Positions 62,243 through 64,000 of a stretch of DNA of 64,000 bases are shown here, in pieces. Under the pieces are notes generated by a model. That model saw only the letters and a list, made by a program, of their open reading frames with translations, was not told the origin of the DNA and ran no database searches. Source of the DNA: Eledone cirrhosa (lineage: Eukaryota); assembly GCA_964016885.1 (NCBI GenBank), contig OZ024754.1:558001-622000 (forward strand), written 5' to 3'. The translations under genes were made by a program, and so were the position numbers. The first letter of the stretch is position 1. Each line of letters begins with the position of its first letter.

Positions 62243-63911
62243 TTTATTGTTCTACTGATTATGTCTCATTTTATAACAAATCTAAAAGTATTTCTCTATA
62301 CAAACTATGTATTTGAATGTATGTTGTCTATTAGCAGATATACCAAATTATCTGCTACGTTTGTGCTAGATTGAATTTTTTTTTTGTTACTTACTGCCGA
62401 TTAAGACCATCATTTTTATCTTGTAAGCCCATCCAAACTTGTATTTTTTTCTGGTATGTTAAACAGCAACATAAATTTGTATGATATAATTCGAAGGATT
62501 ATTAGGAGAAAACTCATTTTAGTGTACAGTTGCATAATGTGGATTGATATCGGCTGACAGCTCCTTCAACAAAAGGATTTATTCTCAATTAGCAAACATG
62601 TTTCCTCAAGACAACATCCAAACAGGTTTAGTTTCACAATTTGTTGTATGTCTTGAGAAAAGAACGAAGAATTGTTTCATGCAGTTGTTAGTTGCTGTTG
62701 ATAGAAGTCATCTTATTAAATGTAAGGTTTCAAGGTGAACTAACTCCTGTTTGTCTTCACTGCTAATTGTATAGTCTTCCATAATGTACCTTTATATTAC
62801 TCACATTAGCCATTCCCCTTTATTACTAATATTATGTTGGAATATTTTATTTAAATATGAATCCTTTAAATTGAAGGTAGTATTAATTTCATATCTGGGT
62901 ACCTTTGACATTTTAATGTCTTGGAGCCTGACATGCAACCATCTATCCTTTCACTTATAATTTTTGTCAGATCAAAATCCTTTAAAATTTGTAAGTTAGG
63001 CCATAAATGGAAAATATAGGTAAAATACTATATTTAATTTTGGCATTTTTTTTTAAAAAGAAACAAAACTGTATCCCAATATTAAATATACCCAAAGATC
63101 ATCCATTATTAAAAATTTGATATTATTATTATAGTGTCATCACAAATAATAAAATGTCTAATTACTTTCTTGGGTGTTGACGAAGCCATAGTAATTATAG
63201 AAGTAGACTTAATGGTAAAATAAGTGAATAACATTTTCTGTAATTTCTGAATTATAGTAGTGTCAACATTTTTGTTGTAACTTTTGAGTAGAATCTGAAT
63301 CAGTTGCAAATGTAAAAAATATTATTTGATGATTTTTACTAGATTGATACAACTTTGAGTTTTGGCCTCTTTTCCATACAAATGATAGATTTCACCCCAC
63401 CCCTCCAGCATTTATAATCCTTGCCAATAGCAGCCAGTTGAAGAGAATCATTGGAATTACATTGATCATATTGTAAAGGCTTTGATATTGCATTAGTGAA
63501 TATGTTGCTGATTGTGAATTATAGCAATTAGCATTGATCTGAGCCTGTTCTAATGCCAGTGCTTGTTGTATTGCATGGAGTTTAAGAGCCACAGACCATG
63601 GATTCTGATGCTTGTTGCTTATGAGTTGTCAATAAGTAAAAAGGTAAAGCTATATTTTTTTTTATTCAATGTAAAGAGACAGACTCCAGTTCATTAATGC
63701 ATGCACACAGTAAAGGTATTACATGATGTAATATGTTCTGTTAATAAGAAATTAGCTTATTTTGAAAAGTGCAATATGTGACCACTTTGTCTGTGCCCCA
63801 GCATGACTCAGCCTGTCAACTGGAACATGTGATGGACTGAAGTTATATACTCAGATGAATAATAGAAATTAGTCTTGGCTACAAATATTTCTCCATTATT
63901 TTATGTTTGCA

Positions 63912-64000
63912 GTGGATTGGCAGTATCAGTAGAGGGTCAGACGCCATGCTTTGCAGCAAAGAGTTACGGCCCTTTATGGTCTGGGTTTAAATCCCGCCAA
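63912..64000 (+). mobile_element. Head of a Nin-like SINE, cut by the window edge
   Basis: Reverse complement of 41083-41170 (GTGGATTGGCAGTATC.GTAGAGGGTC.GAC…GTTACGGCCCTT). Confidence 0.85.

Noticed and set aside
34080-63592. Short 60-120 aa ORFs in the right half not assigned to transposons
   Set aside because: Low-complexity or AT-biased, many with non-ATG starts and no recognisable domains; several are antisense to LINE or SINE pieces.

Overview
AT-rich eukaryotic DNA made almost entirely of repeats. The SINE/LINE motifs resemble those I know from Octopus-like cephalopods (inference). No host protein-coding gene can be supported. Bases 1-34,030 are four multi-kb degenerate (TA)n arrays alternating with three RTE-clade LINEs: A (- strand, two 1-bp frameshifts, PHD-like finger inside the RT), B (+ strand, intact 1181-aa APE-RT ORF with three C-terminal C2H2 fingers and a complete 3' end) and C (+ strand, decayed and 3'-truncated). 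Bases 34,030-64,000 look intronic or intergenic and hold RTE fragments, tRNA-derived SINEs, TTAA-flanked MITEs, two hAT elements, a non-autonomous Helitron and an old CR1-like remnant. Three signals stand out: (i) a ~295-bp TA-flanked palindrome carrying a minimal type I hammerhead ribozyme on each strand, with a deleted relative capping the large TA array; (ii) the LINE-(TA)n alternation, in which A>G variants are strand-polarised and one block is an inverted duplication; (iii) a SINE whose tail is a fusion of two different LINE 3' ends. All long Y/I/C/M/V/H/T ORFs are microsatellite artefacts.
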